A stretch of 37,305 bases of DNA. Source: a virus. Taxonomy: Duplodnaviria > Caudoviricetes. A model generated the notes under the pieces. It saw only the letters and a program-made list of their open reading frames with translations. It made no database searches and was not told where the DNA came from. Made by a program: the position numbers and the translations under genes. Below are positions 17,170 through 25,353 of this stretch, one piece after another. How positions within the stretch are numbered: the stretch's first letter is position 1; the number at the start of each line of letters is the position of its first letter. Where the stretch lies: IMG/VR virus record IMGVR_UViG_3300035102_000519, positions 1 through 37,305 of that record. One strand, written 5' to 3'.

Positions 17170-18432
17170 GTGGCCAAGCCCGCCCATCTCATCCGGCCGC
17201 CCAGGGAGGCCTTGGCCTGGTTCGACGCCAAGGGGATCAAGCCGAGTTTCGATTACACCGACGTCTGGCGTGAGGAGCACGCCTCGGCCTTCACCGTGGC
17301 CAAGGGGCTCCAGGCGGACATCCTGACCGACATCCGCGACGAGGTACGCCGCGCCTTGGCCGAGGGCCGCACCTTCCGCGACTTCGCCAAAGACCTGACG
17401 CCCACTCTTCAGCGCAAGGGCTGGTGGGGCGTTCAGTCGATGGACGACCCGCTGACCGGCGAGACGCGCACGGTCCAGTTGGGCAGCCCGCGCCGCCTCA
17501 AGGTTATCTACGAGACCAACATGCGCACCGCGCGCAGCGCCGGGCAATGGGAGCGCATCCAGCGCACCAAGGCCGGGCTGCCGTATCTGCTTTACCAGCT
17601 CGGCCCGTCGCGCAAGCACCGGCCCGAGCACGTGGCCTTTCACGGCCTGCTGCTGCCGGTGGATAACGAGTTCTGGTCAGCGCACATGCCGCCCAACGGC
17701 TGGGGCTGCAAGTGTTGGGTGCGCCAGGTATCCAAGGGCGAACACGCCCGCTTGGTCAAGACCGGCGTCCGCGCCCCGGAGCCGGAGCAGGAGATCGACC
17801 CGGATACCGGCCTGCCCACCGGCCGCCGCATGCCGTCCAACGTGCCGGTGCGGACCAAGGCCCCGGCCCTGGGCAGCCGTGAGTGGGTGAATAAGCGCAC
17901 CGGCGAGGTCCACCGGGTTCCGGTCGGCACCGACCCCGGCTGGGACTACAACCCCGGCGCTGTGGGGCGGCTGAACAAGGCCGTGGAGCTGGTGGGCGAG
18001 AAGCTGGCCATGGCCGGGCCCGAGGGCGGCGGGATCGTCCGCGAGCTGGCGGCCGGGACTCTGGAGGCCTGGGCCAAGTCGCCCAAGACCAATTTCCCCA
18101 TAGGGGTCATGGCCGAGGCGGACGCGGCCCGGATCGGCGGCAAGACCACCCTGGTCAACCTGTCGCCCGAGACCATGAGCAAGCAACTCGCCAACCACCC
18201 GGAAGTGGCTTTCGAGGAATACGGCGCGGTCCAGGACGCCCTGGATCGTGGCGAGCCTATCCAGGACGGCGCGCGCAGCCTGGTCTATTTGCTGGAGGAG
18301 GACGGGTATGTGGCCGTGGTCAAAGCCACCCGGACGGGCAAGGCCACCTTCTTGACGAGCTTCCGGCGGCTGTCCTCGGAACAGGGCAAGCGCGACCGTG
18401 AAATCGTCCGGTTGCGGAGCCGCCAAAAGTAA
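17170..18432 (+). CDS. MuF (gp30) minor head protein with C-terminal putative BECR-fold (PBECR2-like) RNase domain
   Basis: MuF motifs AFTVAK, RRLKVIYETN, RPEH, PPNGWGCKC, DPGWDYNPG; extra ~130 aa with KQLANHPE..YVAVVKAT..FLTSFRR. Confidence 0.85.
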   Translation: MAKPAHLIRPPREALAWFDAKGIKPSFDYTDVWREEHASAFTVAKGLQADILTDIRDEVRRALAEGRTFRDFAKDLTPTLQRKGWWGVQSMDDPLTGETRTVQLGSPRRLKVIYETNMRTARSAGQWERIQRTKAGLPYLLYQLGPSRKHRPEHVAFHGLLLPVDNEFWSAHMPPNGWGCKCWVRQVSKGEHARLVKTGVRAPEPEQEIDPDTGLPTGRRMPSNVPVRTKAPALGSREWVNKRTGEVHRVPVGTDPGWDYNPGAVGRLNKAVELVGEKLAMAGPEGGGIVRELAAGTLEAWAKSPKTNFPIGVMAEADAARIGGKTTLVNLSPETMSKQLANHPEVAFEEYGAVQDALDRGEPIQDGARSLVYLLEEDGYVAVVKATRTGKATFLTSFRRLSSEQGKRDREIVRLRSRQK

Positions 18433-18457
18433 AGCCCCCGGCATGGCCGAGGGCTTT
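18424..18457 (-). terminator. Intrinsic terminator, minus strand (possibly bidirectional)
   Basis: Minus: AAAGCCCUCGGC-CAU-GCCGGGGGCUUU-ACUUUU; the C/A mismatch on plus is G-U on minus. Confidence 0.7.
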
Positions 18458-18458
18458 C

Positions 18459-18564
18459 GCTGACCGGCGGGGCCTCCCACCCGGTAAAACCGGAAACCCC
18501 GCATGGCACTCCGACGCGAACGCCGGGTTACGGCCGGGAGAATCATCACCGTGTCGCGGCCAGC
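18459..18564 (-). ncRNA. Candidate cloverleaf (tRNA-like) structured RNA
   Basis: Closing stem GCUGGCCG/CGGUCAGC, three arms incl. UUCG tetraloop, loop-loop CUCCC/GGGAG complementarity, flanked by promoter-like element and terminator. Confidence 0.62.
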
Positions 18565-18571
18565 TACCTAC

Positions 18572-18600
18572 TAAATACATCCTCCGCACCGCCGAGTAAA
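18572..18600 (-). promoter_or_regulatory. Putative sigma70-type promoter of the candidate RNA
   Basis: TTTACT-N17-TATTTA, predicted +1 at about 18565, at the 5' base of the closing stem. Confidence 0.5.
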
Positions 18601-18761
18601 CCCCCTGGGCGCGAATTTCCGTCTAGACGCGCCGAGTCTGCCTTCCGCGCCCCGTTGCCCGGTTTTTCCACGAAAACGCCTTACAGGGCGTTCATGAACG
18701 CCTGTGAACACCGATCGAAAGGGGCGACGCGGCCGGGACCTCACCCCGCCGAAGACCGGCC

Positions 18762-18782
18762 CAGGGCGGCGGCCCTGTTTTT
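18762..18782 (+). terminator. Intrinsic terminator upstream of protease gene
   Basis: CAGGGC-GGCG-GCCCTG-TTTTT. Confidence 0.65.
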
Positions 18783-18825
18783 GTAACACCCGTTACAAGC
18801 CGCGCCCGGCGATCCGTGCGAACGT
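18781..18825 (+). promoter_or_regulatory. Late promoter of head/tail operon with putative Mor/C box
   Basis: TTGTAACACCCGTTACAA (18781-18798), GAACGT at the same offset as TATCGT in the lysis promoter; ATG follows after 7 nt. Confidence 0.75.
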
Positions 18826-18832
18826 CGGGCGC

Positions 18833-19918
18833 ATGAAAGACATCTTTATCGCCATGAACATACAGCTGGTCAATGGGAAGGCTCCCGAATGGGTGCAGCT
18901 CCTTCCGCCTGGTCCCGAAGTCCGAGGCCGTGACGGCCGTCATTGGTATTTCGGCACAGCCGAGCTCCAGGCCGTCCTGGACAACTTCGAGGGCGGGCGC
19001 ATCGACCTGCCCATCGACCGGGAACACTCCACCGACAAAAAAGGGGCCAACGGTGAGGAAGCACCGGCCGCTGCCTGGATTGTAGAAGTGGCCGACCGCA
19101 ACGGCGACGGCGGCGTGTGGGGCCGTGTGGATTGGACCGAGCGCGGCCGCGCCCAGGTCGAGGCCCGCGAGTACCGCTACCTGTCGCCCGTTTTCTACTA
19201 CACCGACGATCTGCGCATTGTGGCCCTGGATTCCGCAGGGCTGACCAATAAACCCAACCTGCACCTGGCCGCGCTCAACCGGCAGGTGGAAACCATGGAG
19301 GACGACGCCATGAAAAAGGCATTGTGCCGCAAGCTCGGACTGCCGGAGACGGCCACCGAGCAGGAAATCCAGGCCGCCGTGGCCAAGATCATGGGCGATC
19401 TCGACACGGCCAACAACCGGGCCATGAGCAAGGATATGTTGTCCGCGCTCGGCCTGGCCGAGGACGCGGGGGCCGACGCCGCCGTGGCCAAGATCAACGA
19501 GCTGGCCTTGGCCCAGAACCACGCCCAGGGGGCGGGTGCCATCGACATCACCAAGCTGGTGCCCCGCGCCGACCTGGAGATGGCCATCAACCGCGCCGAG
19601 ACCGCTGAGAAGGCGCTCAAGGATCGCGAGGCCGCCGAGCTGGAGGACAAGATCGAGGTCGCGGTCAATCGCGCCATCCAGGACGGTAAGATCGCCCCGG
19701 CCTCCAAGAACTTCTATGTGGCCTCCTGCCGCAAGGAAGGCGGCCTCAAGGAGTTCGAGGACTTCGCCAAGTCCGCCCCGCAGGTCATCGAGGACCCGCA
19801 GCTGCCCGACAAGCCCGAAGGCGAAGGCAAGGCCATGAACCAGCAGCAGGCGCACATTGCCGAGCAGTTCGGCAACAGCGCCGAGGACCTGGCCAAGTAC
19901 GCCGGGAAGGAGGGCTAG
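18833..19918 (+). CDS. Prohead protease I (Mu gp32) with C-terminal scaffold
   Basis: WVQLLP.G..GRDGR, IDREH, APAAAWI, VDWT, EYRYLSPVF, GLTNKPNL. Confidence 0.93.
   Translation: MKDIFIAMNIQLVNGKAPEWVQLLPPGPEVRGRDGRHWYFGTAELQAVLDNFEGGRIDLPIDREHSTDKKGANGEEAPAAAWIVEVADRNGDGGVWGRVDWTERGRAQVEAREYRYLSPVFYYTDDLRIVALDSAGLTNKPNLHLAALNRQVETMEDDAMKKALCRKLGLPETATEQEIQAAVAKIMGDLDTANNRAMSKDMLSALGLAEDAGADAAVAKINELALAQNHAQGAGAIDITKLVPRADLEMAINRAETAEKALKDREAAELEDKIEVAVNRAIQDGKIAPASKNFYVASCRKEGGLKEFEDFAKSAPQVIEDPQLPDKPEGEGKAMNQQQAHIAEQFGNSAEDLAKYAGKEG
19310..19918 (+). CDS. Scaffolding protein Z (in-frame internal start)
   Basis: GGAGG SD at 19297-19301 before MKKALCRKLGLP, right after the protease domain, as in Mu I/Z. 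Confidence 0.65.
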   Translation: MKKALCRKLGLPETATEQEIQAAVAKIMGDLDTANNRAMSKDMLSALGLAEDAGADAAVAKINELALAQNHAQGAGAIDITKLVPRADLEMAINRAETAEKALKDREAAELEDKIEVAVNRAIQDGKIAPASKNFYVASCRKEGGLKEFEDFAKSAPQVIEDPQLPDKPEGEGKAMNQQQAHIAEQFGNSAEDLAKYAGKEG

Positions 19919-19921
19919 GAC

Positions 19922-20323
19922 ATGGCTCTTATCGCAGACAGAAACACCCCGTTGAAAGACGGCGAGGAGATCGGCGTGCCCATGGCCGCCGGTGCCAAGA
20001 TTTACGGGGGCGGCATCGTGGTGGCCAATGCCACCGGCTACGCCGCGCCCGGCAGCACGGCGACGACACTCACCTACCTCGGCCGGGCCGAGGAACAGGT
20101 GGACAACACCAACGGAAACGACGGCGACAAGACTGTCCGCGTCCGCCGCCTGAAGGCGTTCAAGTTCGATAACTCGGACGCCGACCCCGTCACCCAGGCC
20201 AGCCTGGGCAAGCCCTGCTACATCGTGGACGACGAGACCGTGGCCGCGACCAACGGCGGTTCCACCCGATCCGCAGCCGGTACCGTGGTCGGCATCGACG
20301 ACGACGGCGTGTGGGTCCTGTAA
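19922..20323 (+). CDS. Putative capsid decoration/cement protein
   Basis: DRNTP..G, GRAEEQVDNT.G..G, G..CYIVDDETV, GVWV; between protease and capsid. Confidence 0.78.
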   Translation: MALIADRNTPLKDGEEIGVPMAAGAKIYGGGIVVANATGYAAPGSTATTLTYLGRAEEQVDNTNGNDGDKTVRVRRLKAFKFDNSDADPVTQASLGKPCYIVDDETVAATNGGSTRSAAGTVVGIDDDGVWVL

Positions 20324-20343
20324 TCCAAGGAGAAAGGAAAAAA

Positions 20344-21387
20344 ATGAAACGCATTTTCAATACTGCGCTGGCTTGGGTCCTGCTTGTCGGGGCCTGCCTG
20401 GCCTTTGCCGCCGTTCCCGAGACCGCATCGGCCGGAAGCCCGGACATGGGCGCACTGCCCGCCTTCGCCTTCGGCGGCCTGCTCGTGAACAAAGCTGTCC
20501 TGGGCGACATCTTCACCAACCTCAAGACCACCTTTAACAAGGCCTTCGACACCACGCCCGCCCAGTGGGAGAAGATCGCCATGCGGGTGCCGTCCAGCTC
20601 CAGCCAGAACGACTACTCCTGGCTGTCCAACTTCCCGCGCATGCGCAAATGGGTGGGCGACAAGGTGGTCAAGGCCCTGGAAGGCTTCAAGTACACCGTG
20701 GTCAATGACGACTGGGAAGCGACCGTCGAGGTCAAGCGCAACGACATCGAGGACGACAACCTGGGCGTCTACGCGCCCCAGGCTCAGAACGCCGGATATA
20801 GCGCCAAGACCCTGCCGGACGAGATCGTGTTCGAGCTGCCCGACAAGGGGTTTGAATCCACCTGCTACGACGGCCAATACTTCTTCGACACCGACCACCC
20901 GGTGGGCAAGACCAGTGTCAGCAACAAGGGCACTGTGGCCTTTGACATCTCCACCCTGGCGAAGGCCAAGGCCAGCTATGGCGCGGCCCGCACGGCCATG
21001 CGCAAGTTCAAGGACGAGGACGGCCGTCCCCTGGGCGTCAAGCCCAATGTGCTGCTTGTCCCGGCCGCTCTGGAGGACGACGCCAAGCTGCTCATGACCG
21101 CCGACAAACTGGCCGACGACCAGCCCAACCCCTACAAGGGCACGGCCGAGGTCGTGGTCGGCGATTACCTGACCAGCGACACAGCCTGGTTCCTGCTGGA
21201 CACCAAACGCCCGGTCAAGCCCTTCATCTACCAAGAGCGCAAGAAGCCCGTCTTCGTGCAGCAAATCGACGTGAGCGCGGACGACGTATTCTCCCGCGCC
21301 ATCTTCAAGTTCGGGGCCGAGGCCCGCGCCGCCGGAGGCTACGCCTTCTGGCAGATGGCCTGGGGCTCCACCGGCGAAGGCGCGTAG
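20344..21387 (+). CDS. Major capsid protein (Mu gpT family) with hydrophobic N-terminal extension
   Basis: YSWL..FPRMRKWVGD, V.RNDIEDDNLG, CYDGQYFFDTDHPV, AWFLLD..KPFIYQ.R, GYAFWQMA. Confidence 0.95.
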   Translation: MKRIFNTALAWVLLVGACLAFAAVPETASAGSPDMGALPAFAFGGLLVNKAVLGDIFTNLKTTFNKAFDTTPAQWEKIAMRVPSSSSQNDYSWLSNFPRMRKWVGDKVVKALEGFKYTVVNDDWEATVEVKRNDIEDDNLGVYAPQAQNAGYSAKTLPDEIVFELPDKGFESTCYDGQYFFDTDHPVGKTSVSNKGTVAFDISTLAKAKASYGAARTAMRKFKDEDGRPLGVKPNVLLVPAALEDDAKLLMTADKLADDQPNPYKGTAEVVVGDYLTSDTAWFLLDTKRPVKPFIYQERKKPVFVQQIDVSADDVFSRAIFKFGAEARAAGGYAFWQMAWGSTGEGA

Positions 21388-21399
21388 AGGGGGTAATCC

Positions 21400-21828
21400 A
21401 TGAGCATCACCATCACCTCCAAGCGCGCGGGTTTTCGCCGGTGCGGCATGCCGCACCCGGCCGAGCCCGTGACCTACGACGACGACAAGTTCTCCGAAGA
21501 GGAGCTGAAGGCCCTGAAGGCCGAGCCCATGCTCGTCGTGGTGGAGAGCGAGGACAAGGACGCCGCCAAAAAGAAGGCCGCGCCCGAGCCCAAGCCCAAA
21601 CCGAACGCCAACACCAGCGCCGGGACCGCCGTACCGACCAAGCCCGAGGGCGAAGCCCTGACGGCCGCCATTGTGGCGATCATTCCCGAGCTGAAGGGGG
21701 CCGAGGACTTCACCGCCTCCGGGACGCCCAAGGTCAAGTCCGTGGAAACGGCGCTCGGCTACGACGTCACCGGCGACGAAGTGGCCGCTGCCTTTGAAAC
21801 CTACACCAAGAGCAAGGATGACGCCTGA
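21400..21828 (+). CDS. HI1506-related / Mu gp35-like protein
   Basis: ITSKRAGFRRCG..H, LKAEPMLVV; C-terminal DFTASGTPKV small domain. Confidence 0.8.
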   Translation: MSITITSKRAGFRRCGMPHPAEPVTYDDDKFSEEELKALKAEPMLVVVESEDKDAAKKKAAPEPKPKPNANTSAGTAVPTKPEGEALTAAIVAIIPELKGAEDFTASGTPKVKSVETALGYDVTGDEVAAAFETYTKSKDDA

Positions 21829-22256
21829 TGGCCTACGCCACCACGCAAGACATCATCGACCGGTACGGCGAGGACCAGCTCCTGGTCCTCGCCGACCGGG
21901 ACGGTGACGGCATAGCCGACCAGGGCGTGACATCCCGCGCCCTGGCCGACGCCGATTCGGAAATCGACCTGTACGTCGGGAGCCGCTACGACCTGCCGCT
22001 CACGGTGGTGCCGTCGGTCCTGGTGCAAGTGGCCGTGGATATCGCCATCTACCGCATGAGCCCCGACGCCATGACGGCCACCGAGGAAGTCCGAACCCGC
22101 TACGCGGACGCGCGGGCCACCCTGAAAGCCATCGCCAAGGGCGAGGTGTCCCTGGGCCCCAGACCCGAGAAGTCCGGCGGCCAGGCAGCCAGCCCCGCCA
22201 TAGTCAGCGGACGGCCCCGCGTCTTCGGGCGCGGGCGTAATGGAGGCTTGTCGTGA
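21828..22256 (+). CDS. Head-tail connector (Mu gp36 / DUF1320)
   Basis: MAYATTQD, ALADADSEID.Y..RY.LPL, DIAIYR, IAKGEVSLG. Confidence 0.92.
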   Translation: MAYATTQDIIDRYGEDQLLVLADRDGDGIADQGVTSRALADADSEIDLYVGSRYDLPLTVVPSVLVQVAVDIAIYRMSPDAMTATEEVRTRYADARATLKAIAKGEVSLGPRPEKSGGQAASPAIVSGRPRVFGRGRNGGLS

Positions 22257-22729
22257 GTACGGACCTGATCGTTTCCCTGGGTGCCGTGGAGCGCCTGGCC
22301 GAGCGGATCGCCTTGCTCGGCGATATGGACACCCGGCCGCTCATGGACGAGATCGGCGCGCTCGGCGAATCACAGACCAAGCGCCGGATCGACGAAGAAA
22401 AGACAGCCCCGGACGGCACCCCGTGGCCCGCCTGGTCGGAATCCTACGCGGCCACTCGTCATCACGGGCAAAGCCTGCTGGTGGCGTCCCAGGCCCTGCT
22501 CGATTCCATCGACCATGTGGTGGGCATTGGCGGCGACTTCGCGGAGTGGGGCTCGAACCTGGTCTACGCGGCCGCCCACCAGAATGGCCTGGATATGTCC
22601 CTGGTCGGCTCGCGCCGTAGGATCACGGTCCCGGCGCGGACCTTCCTCGGGCTGTCCGCCGAAAACGAGGAGGACCTGGCCGTCCTGGTGGATGACTTCG
22701 TGGACCGCCAACTGGAGATGCTGCAATGA
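22253..22729 (+). CDS. Virion morphogenesis / tail completion protein (Mu gpG-like)
   Basis: PDGTPW, GSNLVYAAAHQ.G, VPARTFLGLS. Confidence 0.9.
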   Translation: MSTDLIVSLGAVERLAERIALLGDMDTRPLMDEIGALGESQTKRRIDEEKTAPDGTPWPAWSESYAATRHHGQSLLVASQALLDSIDHVVGIGGDFAEWGSNLVYAAAHQNGLDMSLVGSRRRITVPARTFLGLSAENEEDLAVLVDDFVDRQLEMLQ

Positions 22730-23286
22730 GCCTGGAAGACCTGCGCGACGCCGTAGTCAACACCATCAAGAGCGGCCTGGGGCCGGGCATAGGCTGCGAG
22801 CCCCACGGCGGCCGCTTTGACGTGGCCGAGTTGAAGCGCGTCTCGAAAAAGGCCCCGGCCGTGTTCGTGGCCTTCCTCGGCTTCCGCAACCTGACCTATG
22901 CCAACGACGGCAAGTTCCAGGCCAATGTGGCCTGGGGCGCGTTCGTGGTGGCCAAGGACAAGCGGAACCTCCGCCGCGACCTGGTGGCCGCCGCCGTGGT
23001 GGACCGGCTGACCCTTATTGTGCCTGGGAACACCTGGGGCACTGACGACTGTCTGGGAAGACCGGACAACGTGCGCGGAGACAATCTTTTTTCCTCGGTC
23101 GTGGACAATCTGGGCGTGGCCATGTGGGCCGTTACCTGGCAGCAGTCCATGGCCTTTGCCGAGGCCATGACGCCCGAAGATATGGCCGCGCTCGATCCCT
23201 TGGAAAACCTTTACGTCCGGTATCCGGTCGGGGACGACGCGCCCGAGGCCGTGGACCGGGTAAACCTGCCCCCGATCGGGGACTAG
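22726..23286 (+). CDS. Tail terminator-like protein (Mu gp37 / DUF1834)
   Basis: HGGRFD..EL..APAVFVA, NLFS..GVAMWAVTW; synteny. Confidence 0.8.
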   Translation: MSLEDLRDAVVNTIKSGLGPGIGCEPHGGRFDVAELKRVSKKAPAVFVAFLGFRNLTYANDGKFQANVAWGAFVVAKDKRNLRRDLVAAAVVDRLTLIVPGNTWGTDDCLGRPDNVRGDNLFSSVVDNLGVAMWAVTWQQSMAFAEAMTPEDMAALDPLENLYVRYPVGDDAPEAVDRVNLPPIGD

Positions 23287-23295
23287 GAGACCGTC

Positions 23296-23517
23296 ATGGA
23301 CACCACCTTGTACCTCAAGCCCCGCGCGGGGCTGACCGTGCGCGACCCGCGCACCAAGAAACCGATCCCGGCCTACGGCGCGGCCGTACCCAACAGCAGC
23401 TACTGGCGACGCCGCCGCAAGGACGGTGATGTGGAAGCCACCACGGCCGCCGCCGTCAAGAAAGGGGCCGACGCCGCCGCCAAGGCAGCGGCCGCCGCAA
23501 CCACCGAGGAGGGCTAA
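23296..23517 (+). CDS. DUF2635 / Mu gp38 protein
   Basis: KPRAGLTVRDP..G..V..SYWRRRRKDGDV. Confidence 0.9.
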   Translation: MDTTLYLKPRAGLTVRDPRTKKPIPAYGAAVPNSSYWRRRRKDGDVEATTAAAVKKGADAAAKAAAAATTEEG

Positions 23518-23520
23518 ATC

Positions 23521-24987
23521 ATGGCCATCAGCTTCAACGAAATCCCGCCCAACCTGCGGGTGCCCCTGTGTTACATCGAGTTCGACAACTCCAACGCGGT
23601 CCAGGGGCTGGCCGAGGCCGAGTATCAGTTGCTCGTCCTGGGGCAGATGCTCCCCACCGGATCGGCCGACGCGGCCGTGCCGGTGCGCGTCCTTTCCGCC
23701 GACCACGCTGTGGCCCTGTTCGGCAGGGGCTCCATGCTCGCTGCCATGTTCGACGCCATCAAGGGCGCGGACAAGTGGATGGAGACCTGGGCCATTCCCC
23801 TGGCCGACGCCGATGCGGGCGCGGCCGCTACCGGCTCCATCACCCTGACCGGCACGGCCACAGCGGCCGGTGTCCTCAACTGCTACGTCGCGGGCCAGCG
23901 TGTCCGCGCCGCCGTGGCCGCCTCCGACACGGCGGCCGAGGCTGCCACGGCCTTGGCCGAGGCCATCAATGAGGAGACGGACCTGCCCGTCACCGCCACG
24001 GCGGCGGACGCGGTCGTCACCCTGACCGCCCGGCACAAGGGCGAGTGCGGCAACGATATCGACGTTCGGTTCAACTATTACACCGGCGAGGCCCTGCCCA
24101 CCGGGCTGAACGTGGCCGTCACGGCCATGGCGGGCGGCGCTGGCAACCCGGAGGTGGCCGACGCCATCGACGTAATGGGAGACGAATGGTGGAACGCCAT
24201 GGCCGTGCCCTGGACCGACGGGGCCAACATGGCCGCCCTGGAGGCCGAGCTGCTTACCCGCTGGGGGCCCATGTCCATGCAGGACAGCCAGGCGTACACA
24301 GCCCTGCGAGGCACCCACGCTGAGGTCTCCACCTGGTCCGCGTCGCGCAATAGCCATCTGGTGAGCTGCATGCCCACCGGCCCTTCGCCGGTCCCGGCCT
24401 ACATCTGGGCCGCTGTGTACGCCACAGTGGCATCCGTGGCCGTGTCCGACGACCCGGCCCGGCCGCTCCAGACCCTGGCCTTGCCCGGCATCCTGGCCCC
24501 GGCCAAGGAGGCCCGTTGGACCAAGGAGGAGCGCAACCTGCTGCTTTATGACGGGCTGTCCACCTACACCGTGGACAAAGACGGCACCGTCAAGATCGAG
24601 CGCGGCGTGACCTCGTACCAGACCAACAGCTACGGCCTGGAGGACGTCAGCTACCTGGACGTGACCACACCGGCCACGCTCAGTTACATCCGCTACGCCA
24701 CCCGTGTGCGTATTACCACCAAGTTCCCGCGCCACAAGCTGGCCGACGACGGCACCCGGTTCGGGCCGGGCCAGAAGATCGTCACCCCGTCCATCATACG
24801 CGCCGAGCTGCTCGCCTTGTTCACTCAGCTTGAGGAGCAGGGCCTGGTGGAGAACTTCGCCCAGTTCAAGGCCGACCTGATCGTCGAGCGCAACGCGAAC
24901 GACCGCAACAGGCTGGACGTGCTCGCCCCGCCTGATCTGGTTAACCAGCTCATCCTGTTCGCCGAGCAAATCCAGTTCATTCTGTAG
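23521..24987 (+). CDS. Tail sheath protein (Mu gpL)
   Basis: ISFNEIP..LRVPL.YIEFDNS, FGRGSML, DPARPLQTL, KFPRHKLADDG, PPDLVNQL. Confidence 0.95.
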   Translation: MAISFNEIPPNLRVPLCYIEFDNSNAVQGLAEAEYQLLVLGQMLPTGSADAAVPVRVLSADHAVALFGRGSMLAAMFDAIKGADKWMETWAIPLADADAGAAATGSITLTGTATAAGVLNCYVAGQRVRAAVAASDTAAEAATALAEAINEETDLPVTATAADAVVTLTARHKGECGNDIDVRFNYYTGEALPTGLNVAVTAMAGGAGNPEVADAIDVMGDEWWNAMAVPWTDGANMAALEAELLTRWGPMSMQDSQAYTALRGTHAEVSTWSASRNSHLVSCMPTGPSPVPAYIWAAVYATVASVAVSDDPARPLQTLALPGILAPAKEARWTKEERNLLLYDGLSTYTVDKDGTVKIERGVTSYQTNSYGLEDVSYLDVTTPATLSYIRYATRVRITTKFPRHKLADDGTRFGPGQKIVTPSIIRAELLALFTQLEEQGLVENFAQFKADLIVERNANDRNRLDVLAPPDLVNQLILFAEQIQFIL

Positions 24988-24996
24988 GAGGACATC

Positions 24997-25350
24997 ATGC
25001 AAGTAACCGGCAAAGCAACCATCTACGTGGACGGCGCGCAGCTCAACACCGCCGACGACGCCACCCTGGACACCGGCGGCGTCAAGCGCGACCCGGTAAA
25101 GGGCGGCGGCCGCGTCATCGGTTATACCGAGGAGACCGTGGAGCCCGAATTGGAATGCACGGTCTTTCACACCAAGGAGACCTCTATTGAGGATATCAAG
25201 GCCATTACCGACGCCACCGTGATCTTCCAGACAGACACGGGCAAGCGCTACGTTTTAACAGGCGCGTTCGTTACCGAACCGCCCAAGCTCAAGACCAAAG
25301 GCGGCGAGCTGGACGTGAAGATGTCCGCCGTCACCTGCGAGGAGGATTAG
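24997..25350 (+). CDS. Tail tube protein
   Basis: Follows sheath; G.ATI.VDG, GGVKR, DATVIFQTDTG. Confidence 0.9.
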   Translation: MQVTGKATIYVDGAQLNTADDATLDTGGVKRDPVKGGGRVIGYTEETVEPELECTVFHTKETSIEDIKAITDATVIFQTDTGKRYVLTGAFVTEPPKLKTKGGELDVKMSAVTCEED

Positions 25351-25353
25351 ACC

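Noticed and set aside
18459-18564. Canonical tRNA gene
   Set aside because: No TTCRA T-loop, no 7-nt anticodon loop, no CCA; kept only as a tRNA-like candidate
18433-18832. Protein immunity gene for the MuF toxin domain
   Set aside because: ORFs here are Arg/Pro/Gly-rich, lack SDs and overlap structured elements; a very small peptide cannot be fully excluded
22564-25170. 868-aa minus-strand ORF and similar long antisense ORFs (18692-19855, 20218-21456, 26538-27758, 27626-28918)
   Set aside because: Codon-register shadows of structural genes; no SD or domain signatures
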